Below are positions 51,651 through 62,117 of a DNA stretch of 64,000 bases, piece by piece. Below the pieces are notes generated by a model that saw only the letters and a program-made list of their open reading frames with translations, searched no databases and was not told the origin of the DNA. Source of the stretch: Candidatus Dormiibacterota bacterium (GTDB lineage: Bacteria > Chloroflexota > Dormibacteria > Aeolococcales > Aeolococcaceae); NCBI GenBank assembly GCA_963709585.1, contig CAVPXI010000007.1:256001-320000 (forward strand). Reading direction: 5' to 3'. The position numbers were made by a program, and so were the translations under genes. The first letter of the stretch is position 1; the number at the start of each line of letters is the position of its first letter.

Positions 51651-52646
51651 GTGGCTCGCTTGGTCGTGCTGGGCAGCGTGAATATGGACCTCGTAGCCGC
51701 GGTTCCGCACCTTCCAACTCCCGGGGAAACCGTCCTTGGCGAAAGTCTTGCCCAGTTCCCAGGCGGAAAGGGCGCAAATCAGGCTGTCGCCGCAGCACGC
51801 CTCGGGGCGGGGGTCACGCTGATCGGGAGAGTGGGTAGCGATGCATATGGCTCGGCGCTGATCGAACAACTTGCCCGCGAGCCAATTACCGACCTACTTC
51901 TTGAGCGCGATCGCCACAGCCCTTCGGGTGTCGCGATCGTTCTTGTGGACCAAGACGGGCAGAACATGATCACTGTTCTCCCCGGGAGCAACGGTCGTGT
52001 CGGCGAGGCTGAGGTGACGAGAGCGATTAGAGCACTCTCACATTCCGACATCCTCCTTGTTCAGCTCGAGATCGCCGCCGATACGGTGCGCTCGGCAATA
52101 GACCAAGCGCGCGCCATAGGAGTTCGAACCGTCTTGAACGCAGCTCCGGCAGCGAATATCGATGTCCATATCTTGGACCGCGTTGATGTCTGCGTCATTA
52201 ATACGACCGAAGCCTCCTCAGTTGTTGGCCGGCCTGTCGATAGCACTCGCGATGCAAGCGAGGTTGTCCTCGAACTCCACGACCGGGGGATTCGCCTCCC
52301 GATTGTGACCCTTGGAGAAGACGGCGCCATCTTCTTCGAGGCTGGGCATGTGTGCCACCTCCGGGCGCCCTCCGTTCAAGTCGTCGACACCACGGGCGCG
52401 GGGGACGCGTTCGTCGGGGCTCTCTGTGCCGCTCTTCTAGTGGGGTGTGCACCTGCGAAAGCTGTGTCTCTAGCCAATGCCGTCGGTGCGGCTGCAACTC
52501 AGCAGCCTGGCGCGCAGACCTCGCTTCCCAATCGGCACGACCTTAAGGAACTCTTTGATCTGGAGTGGCCGGGACGCGACGTAGGCGCGGCGCCACACGA
52601 GACCGCGGGGGACTCTGTCATGGTCGAGGGGCCGCGTGAAGACTGA
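51651..52646 (+). CDS. rbsK: ribokinase
   Basis: GSVNMDL, GGKGANQAVAAARLG, QLEI, LNAAP, DTTGAGDAF. Confidence 0.85.
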   Translation: MARLVVLGSVNMDLVAAVPHLPTPGETVLGESLAQFPGGKGANQAVAAARLGAGVTLIGRVGSDAYGSALIEQLAREPITDLLLERDRHSPSGVAIVLVDQDGQNMITVLPGSNGRVGEAEVTRAIRALSHSDILLVQLEIAADTVRSAIDQARAIGVRTVLNAAPAANIDVHILDRVDVCVINTTEASSVVGRPVDSTRDASEVVLELHDRGIRLPIVTLGEDGAIFFEAGHVCHLRAPSVQVVDTTGAGDAFVGALCAALLVGCAPAKAVSLANAVGAAATQQPGAQTSLPNRHDLKELFDLEWPGRDVGAAPHETAGDSVMVEGPRED

Positions 52647-53652
52647 GACGCAGAGCCGAGATGCATCTTGGGGTCGCAAGACCCTACGCGGGATACTCGG
52701 TGAGTCGCGGCGTGCGAGAACCCGCGACATCCTCGTTCAACTGGCCCTGTATGCGGTATTGGCTGGTCTCGTTGCCTTCTTCGGGGTGACTACCCCCTAC
52801 TTCTTCAGCAGTGTGAACCTCGTCAACATTCTGGTCCAGGTCTCGGTCGTCGGGATGCTCGCCGTCGGTGAGACCTTCGTCATTCTCTCAGCGGGCATCG
52901 ACCTTTCGGTGGGGTCAGTCGTAGCACTGACCGGCTGTGTCGCTGGGTTCGTCGCCATCAAGCCAACGGGCTTCGTTCTCCCTGTTCTCGCGGCAGTAGC
53001 TGTCGGCGCGGCCGTCGGCATGGTCAATGGCTTCTTCGTGTCATATGCGCGGATTCCGGCATTCATCGTGACCCTGGCCGCCCTCTCAGTCGTTCGCGGC
53101 GTGGCATACATCATTACCAACACGCAGACGCTCTTCGGATTCAATAACGACTTCCTGTCGCTAGGGTCAGGATCGCTGCTGGGAGTGCCCTTTCTCGTAT
53201 GGATCCTCGTCGTCGTAATCGCGTTGGCATTCCTAGTTCAGCGATACACACCTTTCGGCCGCCATGTGCTCGCGATCGGCGGCAACCGCGTCGCTGCCGC
53301 ACTCTTTCGGGTTCCGGTACACCGGACAGAACTGTCGATCTACATCCTCAGCGGCGCCATCGCAGGCTTAGCGGGAGCGCTACTTGCGTCACGAATTGCG
53401 GCCGGCGAACCCGGCATAGCGATAGGGTACGAGTTGCAAGCGATTGCGCCGGTCATCATCGGTGGGACGAGTCTGTTCGGCGGGGAGGGCGGCGTCGAGC
53501 GCACCGTTGTGGGGATCCTGATTCTTGGGGTTATCGACAACGGGATGAACCTCATGGGCATCCCGTCGTACTACCAACTGGTGCTGACCGGGGCAGTTGT
53601 GGTTGGTGCAGTGCTGCTCGATCGGGCTGCGAAACGCAGCATGGTCGGCTAA
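52636..53652 (+). CDS. monosaccharide ABC transporter permease (RbsC-like)
   Basis: GIDLSVGS, IPAFIVTL, AIGGN, YELQAIA.VIIGGTSLFGG. Confidence 0.92.
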   Translation: MKTETQSRDASWGRKTLRGILGESRRARTRDILVQLALYAVLAGLVAFFGVTTPYFFSSVNLVNILVQVSVVGMLAVGETFVILSAGIDLSVGSVVALTGCVAGFVAIKPTGFVLPVLAAVAVGAAVGMVNGFFVSYARIPAFIVTLAALSVVRGVAYIITNTQTLFGFNNDFLSLGSGSLLGVPFLVWILVVVIALAFLVQRYTPFGRHVLAIGGNRVAAALFRVPVHRTELSIYILSGAIAGLAGALLASRIAAGEPGIAIGYELQAIAPVIIGGTSLFGGEGGVERTVVGILILGVIDNGMNLMGIPSYYQLVLTGAVVVGAVLLDRAAKRSMVG

Positions 53653-53891
53653 GGACGGCCCGCATGAGAATCGAGACGCAAGAAGGAGCATCAGAGATCA
53701 AGTTGCACGGACATTGGTTCCGTCGACAAACGGAGGAGCCTATGGCGTTGAGCGCAGACAGAGAACGATTCGAGGTCGAGTCAGGTTGTCGCAGATTTCG
53801 AGGCCGAGCAGTGTCGAGCATCGGTCGACCTTCATCCACGAACCCGGAGGCGCGCCAAGCATCCGTAATGATTGAAAGGAGTAAACCTACA

Positions 53892-54896
53892 ATGCGCAAA
53901 TCCCATCGATTGATCTCATGGTCATCCATACCCTTGCTGGGGGTGCCCATGCTGCTCGCTGCCTGTGGATCGAGTTCACCGAGCTCATCCTCGAGCTCAT
54001 CGACGAGTTCGATAAAGATTGGATTCCTCGTAGGTGACACGGGAAACACCGGACAGGCTCGCGTTTGGAAGTCCGCTCAAGCTGAAGCCAAGAAGCGTGG
54101 CGTCCAATTGCTGATCCTCAATTCAAACCGCGATGTCGCCACCGAGTCAACCAACATGGATACCTTCATTGCGGAGCATGTGAACGTCATTGTCGACGAT
54201 CCGCAAGACATCAATGGCAGCATTCCCGCTATCCAACGGGCCCAGGCCGCTGGCATTCCGGTCATTACCGAGGATGACGCAGTGACGGGGTCTGGTACGA
54301 CTTATCACTACGTGGGCTCAGACTATGTAGATGAAGCCGGCACGCAGCTTGCGGCTCAGCACGTACTTCAGCTGCTGAATGGAAAGGGCAACGTCGTCCT
54401 GCTCCCCGGACCTGTTGGTATTCTCGTCGAGCAGGTTAGAACGCAGGCCGCGCAGCAGACGCTCGCAGGTGCGCCAGGTGTTCACCTTATCTACCAGCAG
54501 AACTGTGCTAACTGGAATGAAGACGGCGGGACCACACAAATGGAGAACGCGCTGGCTAAGTTTCCGAGTGCAGGCTCGATCAACGCCGTTATTGGCGAGG
54601 ATGGCCCGATCGCTCTTGGAGCAGTTCAGGCACTGACGAAGGCGAACCAACTCACCGGCGTTATTACAGTGGGAACAGACGGTAACTCCGATGAATTGCA
54701 GTCGATGATCAACGGCCAGGAGACGTTTACCGTCTTCCAACAGAAGGAGAAGTTCGGAGTCGCCATTGTGGACGACGCTATCGCTCTTGCGGGAAAGAAG
54801 ACCATACCGATGAGAGACGACATCCCCTGGATCTTGATAGATACCGTTCAGCTTGCTAAGCAGTATCTGAAGGACATCTACGGGATCACGGCCTAA
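53892..54896 (+). CDS. sugar ABC substrate-binding lipoprotein (RbsB-like)
   Basis: Lipobox LLAAC + Ser linker, GIPVIT.D, YVGSD, GTDG; AAAGGAG SD before ATG 53892. Confidence 0.9.
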   Translation: MRKSHRLISWSSIPLLGVPMLLAACGSSSPSSSSSSSTSSIKIGFLVGDTGNTGQARVWKSAQAEAKKRGVQLLILNSNRDVATESTNMDTFIAEHVNVIVDDPQDINGSIPAIQRAQAAGIPVITEDDAVTGSGTTYHYVGSDYVDEAGTQLAAQHVLQLLNGKGNVVLLPGPVGILVEQVRTQAAQQTLAGAPGVHLIYQQNCANWNEDGGTTQMENALAKFPSAGSINAVIGEDGPIALGAVQALTKANQLTGVITVGTDGNSDELQSMINGQETFTVFQQKEKFGVAIVDDAIALAGKKTIPMRDDIPWILIDTVQLAKQYLKDIYGITA

Positions 54897-54992
54897 CCTT
54901 AAACGGTCGAGGCAGGCAAGCATCTCTCGGAGTTCTCCTCTTCTCTTGAGGAGGAAGACTCCGAGGCGGACCTTTGTTAAGGGAGTGCACGG

Positions 54993-55781
54993 GTGGCGGC
55001 TCCGTTGTTAGAGCTCATAGGTGTCAGCAAGGCCTTTGGCCCCGTAGAGGCTCTGAAGGACGTTAGCTTCGACGTGCGAGCCGGCGAGGTCCATGCACTC
55101 GTGGGCGACAATGGTGCTGGGAAGTCGACCCTTCTGAAAATCATCTCAGGCGTGTATAGGCCGGATCATGGGCGCATCCTGGTGAGGGGCGAGCCGGTGG
55201 ACATACACAGCCCGCAGGACGCAAAGCGTTTGGGTATCGAGACCCTGTACCAGGAATTGGCGCTAGTCGAGACTTTGGATGTAGCAGCCAACATGTATCT
55301 TGGCCGAGAAGTCACGTATGGACGCTGGTTTGGGCGTCTGCTCTTGAACGACCGCCTGATGCGGAGGGAGGCGAAGCGGTACATCGAGGACCTTCGTGTG
55401 AACCTTCCCTCGGTGCGAACCAAGGTCAGGTTCTTATCTGGCGGTCAACGACAGGCGGTAGCCATAGGTCGTGCCACAGCTTGGGGTTCGAAGCTGGTCA
55501 TCATGGATGAGCCAACAGCTGCACTCGGAGTTACAGAAGCGGGCATGGTATTGGGTCTCATCAGAACCCTCCGGGAGAAGGGGGTCACTGTGATCCTCGT
55601 GAGCCACAACCTCTTCCACATTCTTGAGATCACCGACCGCATCAGCGTCCTCCGGCATGCTCAGATGGCGGTGACCGTCACTAGTAGTGGAATGGATGTC
55701 AGCCAGTTGACTGAGCTCATCACCGGAATCGGCCCCACGCTCAGAGGTGATACTAATGCCGAACCCCCGGCAGGCACGTGA
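54993..55781 (+). CDS. sugar ABC transporter ATP-binding protein
   Basis: GDNGAGKST, LSGGQRQ, IMDEPTAALG, SHN. Confidence 0.93.
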   Translation: MAAPLLELIGVSKAFGPVEALKDVSFDVRAGEVHALVGDNGAGKSTLLKIISGVYRPDHGRILVRGEPVDIHSPQDAKRLGIETLYQELALVETLDVAANMYLGREVTYGRWFGRLLLNDRLMRREAKRYIEDLRVNLPSVRTKVRFLSGGQRQAVAIGRATAWGSKLVIMDEPTAALGVTEAGMVLGLIRTLREKGVTVILVSHNLFHILEITDRISVLRHAQMAVTVTSSGMDVSQLTELITGIGPTLRGDTNAEPPAGT

Positions 55782-55854
55782 CGATGCGGAGCTTGTAACC
55801 AGGCGCGCGGTTGGCCGCACCACTTCCGGCCAGGCGAGGTTCGAGGCACCGCCT

Positions 55855-56820
55855 TTAGTTGAGGGAGAGAGCAACCTCGGCTAGGAGATCAAGGGTATCC
55901 ATGTCATCCAGATTGAAATGCTGAAGCATCACTCGTTGAATGCCGACTTCCTTCCAACGTAGGAGTTGATCCGCGACCTCCTCAGGAGTTCCAACTAACC
56001 ACTTTCTGTCACGAATGAGAGCGCTCACGTCCACCGGTTTCATGGCTGGGCCATAGGCGCCCGCGAGGAAGTTGGTTAGCCACTGGGCCTTAGTCGCCAG
56101 CTCTGTCGGAGTCCTCGCAATACACACCCCACCAACCCAAGAACGTGCGATCGCGTCAGGGTTACGACCGAGTGTACGACAATGCTCCTCGAGTTTCGAG
56201 CGTTTGAGCACGTACTCCTCTGGACTCTGGACGTTCGCGTTCCACTCGTCGGCATGCTCGGCAACGATTCTCAGCAAGCGCTTCTCTTCACTGCCTCCAA
56301 CCAAGAGCGTCGTGCCGGTCGTACGAAGCGGTCTCGGAAAGGCAGTTGCTCCTCGAAGTCTGTAGAAGGATCCGTCAAAGTCAACGGGCCCGCCGGTGGA
56401 GAGGGCGCGGATCACGCGGATTCCCTCGTCCAAGCAAGTCATGCGCTCGCTGTAGCTTGGGAAATCAATTCCATACGCCGCGTGCTCCGTCTCGTTCCAA
56501 CCTCCACCCACACCCAAAACCAATCTTCCGTTCGACAGGAGGTCCACGGCCGACGCCATACGTGCGAGCAAGGCCGGGTTGCGAAAAGTCATCGGGCTAA
56601 CGAGCGAACCGAACTGGATACGCTGGGTCCATTGTGCCAACGCCGTTAGTGAGACCCACGCCTCAAGGGAGTCTCGTTCAACAGAGCCATGGTTGCTGAT
56701 TAGGTGATCGGACCGAAACAGGGAGTCGAGCCCGACCGTCTCTACTCGATTGGCTATTTGGCGCCATCGATCCCACGTCAAGCCCTCTTGGCCCTCGATC
56801 ATGATCCCGATGCGCACCAA
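55855..56820 (-). CDS. LLM-class (probably F420-dependent) oxidoreductase
   Basis: MIEGQEGLTW, FRSDH, SPMTFRNP, EHADEWN. Confidence 0.88.
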   Translation of the reverse strand: MVRIGIMIEGQEGLTWDRWRQIANRVETVGLDSLFRSDHLISNHGSVERDSLEAWVSLTALAQWTQRIQFGSLVSPMTFRNPALLARMASAVDLLSNGRLVLGVGGGWNETEHAAYGIDFPSYSERMTCLDEGIRVIRALSTGGPVDFDGSFYRLRGATAFPRPLRTTGTTLLVGGSEEKRLLRIVAEHADEWNANVQSPEEYVLKRSKLEEHCRTLGRNPDAIARSWVGGVCIARTPTELATKAQWLTNFLAGAYGPAMKPVDVSALIRDRKWLVGTPEEVADQLLRWKEVGIQRVMLQHFNLDDMDTLDLLAEVALSLN

Positions 56821-57526
56821 CCTATTTTACTGGATTTCCAGGCTAGATGTGGCTACTCCGACGAGGTTGGCAATACTGCCTGGGAGCGCCTCAAAGCTCC
56901 TAATTCACATCGTGGTACGGTCGCATATCTTCCGATTGCTCGGGGAACTCATTCGGATGCTGCGACAAGCATTACGTGGAGCGGGCGATAGCGAGTGGGA
57001 TCCCGGCCCAGTTACCCGTCCACGCGAACTGCTGGCCCTAGATTGGGCAGCGTTTGCCGCTCACGAGATCGAGGTAACGTCGCCGACCGCGGTCCAGGCC
57101 CTCCCCGAGCTCGCCATATACCGGCGAGGCCAAACCGGGTTCAGGAGCGGCGGCCTTGTGGGTAGAAGTGCGACGAGGCGATGGTGATCAATGACGAAGA
57201 GCTGTTCGTAACCTATCGTCGCTCGAGCGCTGGGCGTCATCTTTTGCCCCAAAACCAACAGTTGTCCAATCCTTCACACCTAACATTTCCCGCGCATCTC
57301 GAAGAGCTCTGCGCTTAGCTCGTGGCGGAGGCTGAGGAAACCGCGCATCGACGAAGCTGCCAGTACGCGCTGATGAGAAGTTAGGCGTTCTACCCCACGG
57401 CTCCGATCTTCGGGATTCTGTGTTCAAGAGCGTCGACTGATTCGCCGCCCTCGCTCGTTAACATCGACTACTTCCGTGGCTCGAAACGGCTCAACTACCA
57501 AACCGATCTGGACGGTGCCTTGAGGT

Positions 57527-57790
57527 TCAGCTCTTCTGTGACGACGCAGCGCGTTTGGCCGCCAGGCGGGCTTGAATTGCGTCCGCCTCTCGTCTATAGC
57601 TCAGGCGGCGTTTAGGAGCGGGGTTGATCATTCTGCACCCGCCACACAGCGTCGGAGCGGCAACGACCATTTTCTTACCGCTGTCCATCCGGTGCAGTCT
57701 TCTCGGAGGGAGGGGTTTCCCGCACCCGGGGCACACATAACCGGACTTGCGCGAATAGCGACCTATGCTCTTTTCGGGTGGGCGAGCCAT
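57527..57790 (-). CDS. small basic zinc-ribbon-like protein
   Basis: CPGC...CGGC pair; GAGG SD before ATG 57790. Confidence 0.5.
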   Translation of the reverse strand: MARPPEKSIGRYSRKSGYVCPGCGKPLPPRRLHRMDSGKKMVVAAPTLCGGCRMINPAPKRRLSYRREADAIQARLAAKRAASSQKS

Positions 57791-57908
57791 ACCTCTGAGT
57801 GTACCGCTCGGGAGCGGGAATGTTGCCAGAAGACTGCCAAGGTCAACTTCGGTTAGATTCTTGCCTGTGACTGTCAGCAAGGTTCGTCCCTGCCGCGAAC
57901 CTCGAGAT

Positions 57909-58544
57909 GTGGCGTCTAATCTGGAGCGGTACCTGACGGAGCGAGAGCCTACCGCCAGATACGCATCGTTTGATTACTGCTACAACTACTTCCAGACGTA
58001 TCGCGAACGGGCTAACGTCAGCGCCGTTGCAGCGACCGCGAACATGGAGCTCTCCTGTCTGCACTTGGGCTTCTACCTGGCGAGTTGGGGGATGCTGCGC
58101 GGTTCGACCGACTTGCTGCAGAGAAGCATCAAACATCTCGAGCCTGTTGTCACGGCGATTGCAGGGGCTCCGCCCGCGTTGTGGGAGATCGACGCGAACG
58201 ACTACTCCGACGAGGTATGGACCACCCTGGGCGGGTTTAATGCGGACCTGTGTGCAATCCTCTCTGGGAAGGCATCGGACACGTTGACCACCAAGATCAT
58301 GCTCGGGACCTTCGGATGCGTCCCAGCCTTCGATACGAACTTTGTGAGGGGCGCCGGCGTGTGGAAGTTCAGCCGGACCGCACTCCGACGTGTCGAGCTG
58401 TTCTACCGCGAGCATGCGGAGGTCATCGAAAGATATCGTCAACCCACGCTCGACTTTGCCACGAACGGGAACACCCACCGCAAGTACACACGGGCGAAGG
58501 TCATCGACATGATCTTCTTCGTCGAGGGAGCTGCGAGTTCGTAA
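57909..58544 (+). CDS. conserved-looking hypothetical protein (RYASFDYCYNYF / YLASWGM motif)
   Basis: Motif-rich ORF: LHLGFYLASWGMLRGS, DTLTTKIMLGTFGCVPAFD, AKVIDMIFF. Confidence 0.7.
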   Translation: MASNLERYLTEREPTARYASFDYCYNYFQTYRERANVSAVAATANMELSCLHLGFYLASWGMLRGSTDLLQRSIKHLEPVVTAIAGAPPALWEIDANDYSDEVWTTLGGFNADLCAILSGKASDTLTTKIMLGTFGCVPAFDTNFVRGAGVWKFSRTALRRVELFYREHAEVIERYRQPTLDFATNGNTHRKYTRAKVIDMIFFVEGAASS

Positions 58545-58715
58545 GCACGATCAGCAATAAGGAAGCACCCATAGCGGAGCATGGCATTTACCCCATCGGC
58601 TTCCCCCACGCGAAGGCCGGTTCGATACCCCAGGATGGGCTTCCCTATGGCTCGAGCGTACCCGACTTCAAAGGACGAGCCGTCGGCGGAGGCTTGCGCC
58701 AACTTCTTGACCTGG
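58545..58715 (-). pseudogene. nucleoside 2-deoxyribosyltransferase C-terminal fragment
   Basis: DGSSFEVGYARAIGKPILGYRT..GVNAML motif; the N-terminal half is missing. Confidence 0.6.
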
Positions 58716-59038
58716 CGTAACCATGGCTCGCACCGGCGACAACTGCCTGTCGCGACCGGTGCCGGTAGGGGGCGCTTAGAGAGACACGCCATTCGGAGAT
58801 CGATGTTTACCACCCTTTGCGCTCCAGCCCCGGTTGGAGGCTTAGACTTTGGACGCACGCCTTACCAAGGCGCTCGACCGGACAGGGTCGTGCTCCGGGC
58901 GGCCCGTCGCCAACTCGTTTCAGGAGGTCCTGAAGGACACGTGTACAAGCGCGAGCCGATCCGGGATAGTTCGCGGTGGGTCGTCACATTTCCGGCCGAT
59001 GTGCTGCGCCATCAACGATGGGATCAGGAGACTGAAAG

Positions 59039-59635
59039 TTGAGAAACAACCAGGCGCCCTGCCCCATCTGCGGGCACGACATAGGCCTAGGGGACGAAGG
59101 CGAATGGGGCGCCGCCTGCGTGCACCTTGTAGCTGACTGGGCCCAGGACCCAGGTGATAATGACGGCGGCGTCGTTGGCGGTTCCGCTTGGGAAACTCCT
59201 GGAATCCCGGCCGAGGACTTCGCTCGTGCCATCCAGAGTCTGAGCCGCGAGTTTACAGAGTGCACCGACGAGAAGCGCGCACAGAAGATTGCGTCGCTCA
59301 AAGACATCCTTCCCGCCGATCGCACCCCGCGGTGGTGGTCGTCGCTATGCGACGCTCTTGACGACTTGGAAGGCGAGGCGATTGGAACGTCTAATTACGA
59401 TCTCGGCCGCATCCCCACACTCCTTGTAGACGATGTCATCTTCGACGTTGCCGGTATCGAGATCTCGTCAGTAAATGTTACGAGCGGTATACCCATGGCT
59501 ATTGACTATGAACTCGTCTGGGCTGAGGATCCCGAAGCCGCCAGCAGTGCGATCGCTGCCTGCATGAGTGATGCGACAGACGCTGTGCGCCTGGCGGAGG
59601 AAACGCTGACAGGCAGGACACTGAACCCAAACTGA
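59039..59635 (+). CDS. hypothetical acidic protein with N-terminal CPICG motif
   Basis: AGGAG SD + TTG start; CPIC..CVH possible metal site. Confidence 0.5.
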   Translation: MRNNQAPCPICGHDIGLGDEGEWGAACVHLVADWAQDPGDNDGGVVGGSAWETPGIPAEDFARAIQSLSREFTECTDEKRAQKIASLKDILPADRTPRWWSSLCDALDDLEGEAIGTSNYDLGRIPTLLVDDVIFDVAGIEISSVNVTSGIPMAIDYELVWAEDPEAASSAIAACMSDATDAVRLAEETLTGRTLNPN

Positions 59636-59904
59636 CAGCAGGGCCAAAGGCGTGTCGCTATAAGGAGATGACCTGAGTGACACCGGACGAGGCTGTTCCA
59701 ATCGCCAGAGTGCTGAAGTTCGTGGACGGCGGCGGCGATCTCATTCCAGTAAACATGGCGATGGGGCTGATCCTGCCTCGCGCATCACCGGCGGGCCTTT
59801 GCCCAGATGATTATCCATGGCACTGCCACGACCCGCGCTGACGACAAACGCGACGAGTACTTCCCCTACGGACAGGTGAGAATTCATATCGGTGCCTCCT
59901 ACTC

Positions 59905-60587
59905 CTATGGCTGCGTTGACCCGCGGAAGTGACCCTGCTTTACGACCAGCTCATAAGCGGGACCGCCACCAACGACGTCGACGAAGATTTCCTCACTCAG
60001 CGCCGCAAGGACGTCGCTCGGTTCTGTCACACCATCGCGGCAGAAGTTCAGACACGTGTGGGTTCCACCGCCAAGCTTCAGCCGATGGATGCCAAGTGCG
60101 CGACCACGGTCTCGTCGGCGCCCAGCCCGATTGGGCGGCCTGCCTTCCAGAAGCCCGAGCCCACCTCCATACACAGAGGCTCGTGGTCGGCTTCGCCGAA
60201 GAACGGGGGCCACAGGACTCCTCCACAGATCGACGCGTCCTCGTTTCGCCTCGAGCGCGGCTCAGAAACCACGGCCGCCATCGCCAACACCGGCTCCGCA
60301 ACCGCCACTTCAATGGCGGCTGTTGCTGCGCCGGACCCGCCCCTGGCGAACTGCACGTAGCGATCGCTGCGAGCAGCGTCATTGAAGATCACGAATGCGT
60401 CGTGTGTTCCCCGCAGCCAGAACAGAGCCAATGTCATTCGTTTGATCCGCCAAGCGGAACGGTCGGTCTGTTTAGGGACCCCTGCCTCCCACCAAGCCTG
60501 TTCGCCCATCCGCACGCTCCGTCGTCTGGGGCGATATCCCGCGCTTACCGCCGCATGGTGGCGGTCAGGTCTTCTCCGCGGGGGCAC
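59905..60587 (-). pseudogene. hypothetical protein, possibly TY-Chap/YbjN-like, frameshifted near 60080
   Basis: AFVIF..RYVQFA..LCMEVGSG..HLASIG continues in another frame as LKLGG..NF..LSEEIFVDVVG. Family assignment is weak. Confidence 0.35.
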
Positions 60588-61155
60588 CGTGCGTGGGTGG
60601 CGCGGTTGCCGAGGCGGCAGCCGGGAGGCTTATGCCGTCTTCTCGTGACCCTTCTACAAGCGTACACGCGCGGGCGACACCTGCCTGTCGTCAGTGCGAC
60701 GCCCCGGGGATTCTCAGACCCTGGCCGGCAACCGACCGTCGCGATGTTTGCGCTACGTCAGCTCCGCTACGAGACGCGCGTAGTCCTGCGGCGTGCTCGC
60801 ATACAAGGCGATCTCGAAGTCCGGCGGTGACTGGTACGCAGCGAGGATTGCGGACCCACATCCCGAAGCGGAGGTGACCACCGCTCACTCCTGCTCGGAA
60901 CCACGGTGGCGCCGTCGACGGAGCCACCGAACCCGCCCCCCCCAACGGCCGCGTCGAGTAGCGGCTGATGCCAGATTACCCGACCTATTCACGCCCCATT
61001 GATGGAAGCCGATTCGATCCTATTTCGATTGCGCTAATTGATCATCGCGGTTGGTCATCAACGGCTATTTCCCGCAGTGCCGACACCCCGGGCGCAAGAG
61101 TAAAAGCCTCAGTCCGAGGTCGCCTGAATAGCGTAAGCGCGGTTTGGTGTCTATT

Positions 61156-61779
61156 TTAAGCTGTGATCGTCGTCGGATCTAATTTTGTGCGAGGAGGCGA
61201 ATCCTCAAGCGCTAGGCTGTTGATGAACGTACAAAGTCTGGTCGCTTCGTCTTTCTGCAGATCTACTGGCAACAGTATCTCTGCAACGATCCCCTGCCTA
61301 ACCGGAAACGGGTATCTGATCATGCGGCTGCTGGTAGATGTTCCAATGGCTTCCGTATCTAACGTAGACGCTCCTTGCGCGCGTGTCCGAGGGACGCGTG
61401 AACGGGCTGAGGTAGCACGTTCACCCGTTTTAGACCTTTCTCGAAGCTGCGGTCGGTAATTCCTTGGATCGTCCAAATACGACAAGTACAAACTAAGCGC
61501 TCGAAGGAACCGCGACCGATACGCGGCGAGGCTACCCGGAGCGAATTCCTTCTTCGCAAGGTTTTCAAAACGATCAAGAAGTGAATCAATATCGATAGAT
61601 CGTACGTTTATGGATTCCCAGTCTTGACCTTCAACTGATAGAACGCGCTGGACTGCCGCTCGTAAAGCATTCGCGGTATTCCGATTCAACAGGCCCTTTT
61701 CGGCCGCCCAATTCCAATGGTCTACGAAGTCGCGACCAGTCCCGTCTTCAGAACCATGGTCCACTACCACTTTCACCAC
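61156..61779 (-). CDS. uncharacterised protein: helical N-domain (integrase core-binding-like) + small C-terminal domain
   Basis: Intact 207-aa ORF in visibly AT-richer DNA: KGLLNRNTANAL..DIDSLLDRFENL..SLAAYRSRF..; basic linker; YPFPVR..LLPVDLQKDEATRL. Confidence 0.8.
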   Translation of the reverse strand: MVKVVVDHGSEDGTGRDFVDHWNWAAEKGLLNRNTANALRAAVQRVLSVEGQDWESINVRSIDIDSLLDRFENLAKKEFAPGSLAAYRSRFLRALSLYLSYLDDPRNYRPQLRERSKTGERATSARSRVPRTRAQGASTLDTEAIGTSTSSRMIRYPFPVRQGIVAEILLPVDLQKDEATRLCTFINSLALEDSPPRTKLDPTTITA

Positions 61780-61963
61780 ATCCAGTTCGATAACATTATT
61801 AGCTGAATCTGATATTAGAACAATATCGTCAAAAAATCAAGAACCCACACTTGTGACGAAAGCTGCGTAGCCTGCTCGGCAATCTGAACTAAGGGTATGG
61901 CAATACCGGTCACGGCTACGGCCCTTCCGTCCGCTTCTATCTCGTCGCATCAAGGCAGGTTGA

Positions 61964-61992
61964 TTGTATGAGCTATCCAGCTTTGCTATACT
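61964..61992 (+). promoter_or_regulatory. sigma70-type promoter for the tRNA-like gene
   Basis: TTGTAT (61964-69), 17-bp spacer, TATACT (61987-92) with extended -10 TG; ends 7 nt before the tRNA 5' G. Confidence 0.75.
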
Positions 61993-61999
61993 GGAAGGA

Positions 62000-62075
62000 G
62001 CCGGTGTAGCCCAATTGGTAGAGGCAGGTGCCTGCCAAGCACCCACAGGTGAGGGTCCGAGTCCCTTCGCCGGCA
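62000..62075 (+). tRNA. non-canonical tRNA: tRNA-Leu-like body with Gly(GCC) anticodon
   Basis: Acceptor GCCGGTG/CGCCGGC+A73; D-arm GCC-CAATTGGTAGA-GGC; anticodon arm GGTGC-CTGCCAA-GCACC; T-arm GAGGG-TCCGAGT-CCCTT; followed by CCT rather than CCA. Confidence 0.75.
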
Positions 62076-62087
62076 CCTGGGGTACAC

Positions 62088-62117
62088 ATAGGGCCGGGGC
62101 ATGAGCCCCGGCCCTAT
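62088..62117 (+). terminator. strong hairpin downstream of tRNA-like gene
   Basis: Perfect 13-bp stem ATAGGGCCGGGGC-ATGA-GCCCCGGCCCTAT; weak U-tract. Confidence 0.6.

Noticed and set aside
53199-53891. 565-aa version of the sugar-binding protein
   Set aside because: The extension overlaps the permease; SD, signal peptide and lipobox support the start at 53892.
62000-62075. Ordinary housekeeping tRNA-Gly(GCC)
   Set aside because: Lacks G3-C70 and U73, has a Leu-type D-arm and an atypical T-loop, and lies in an accessory cassette.
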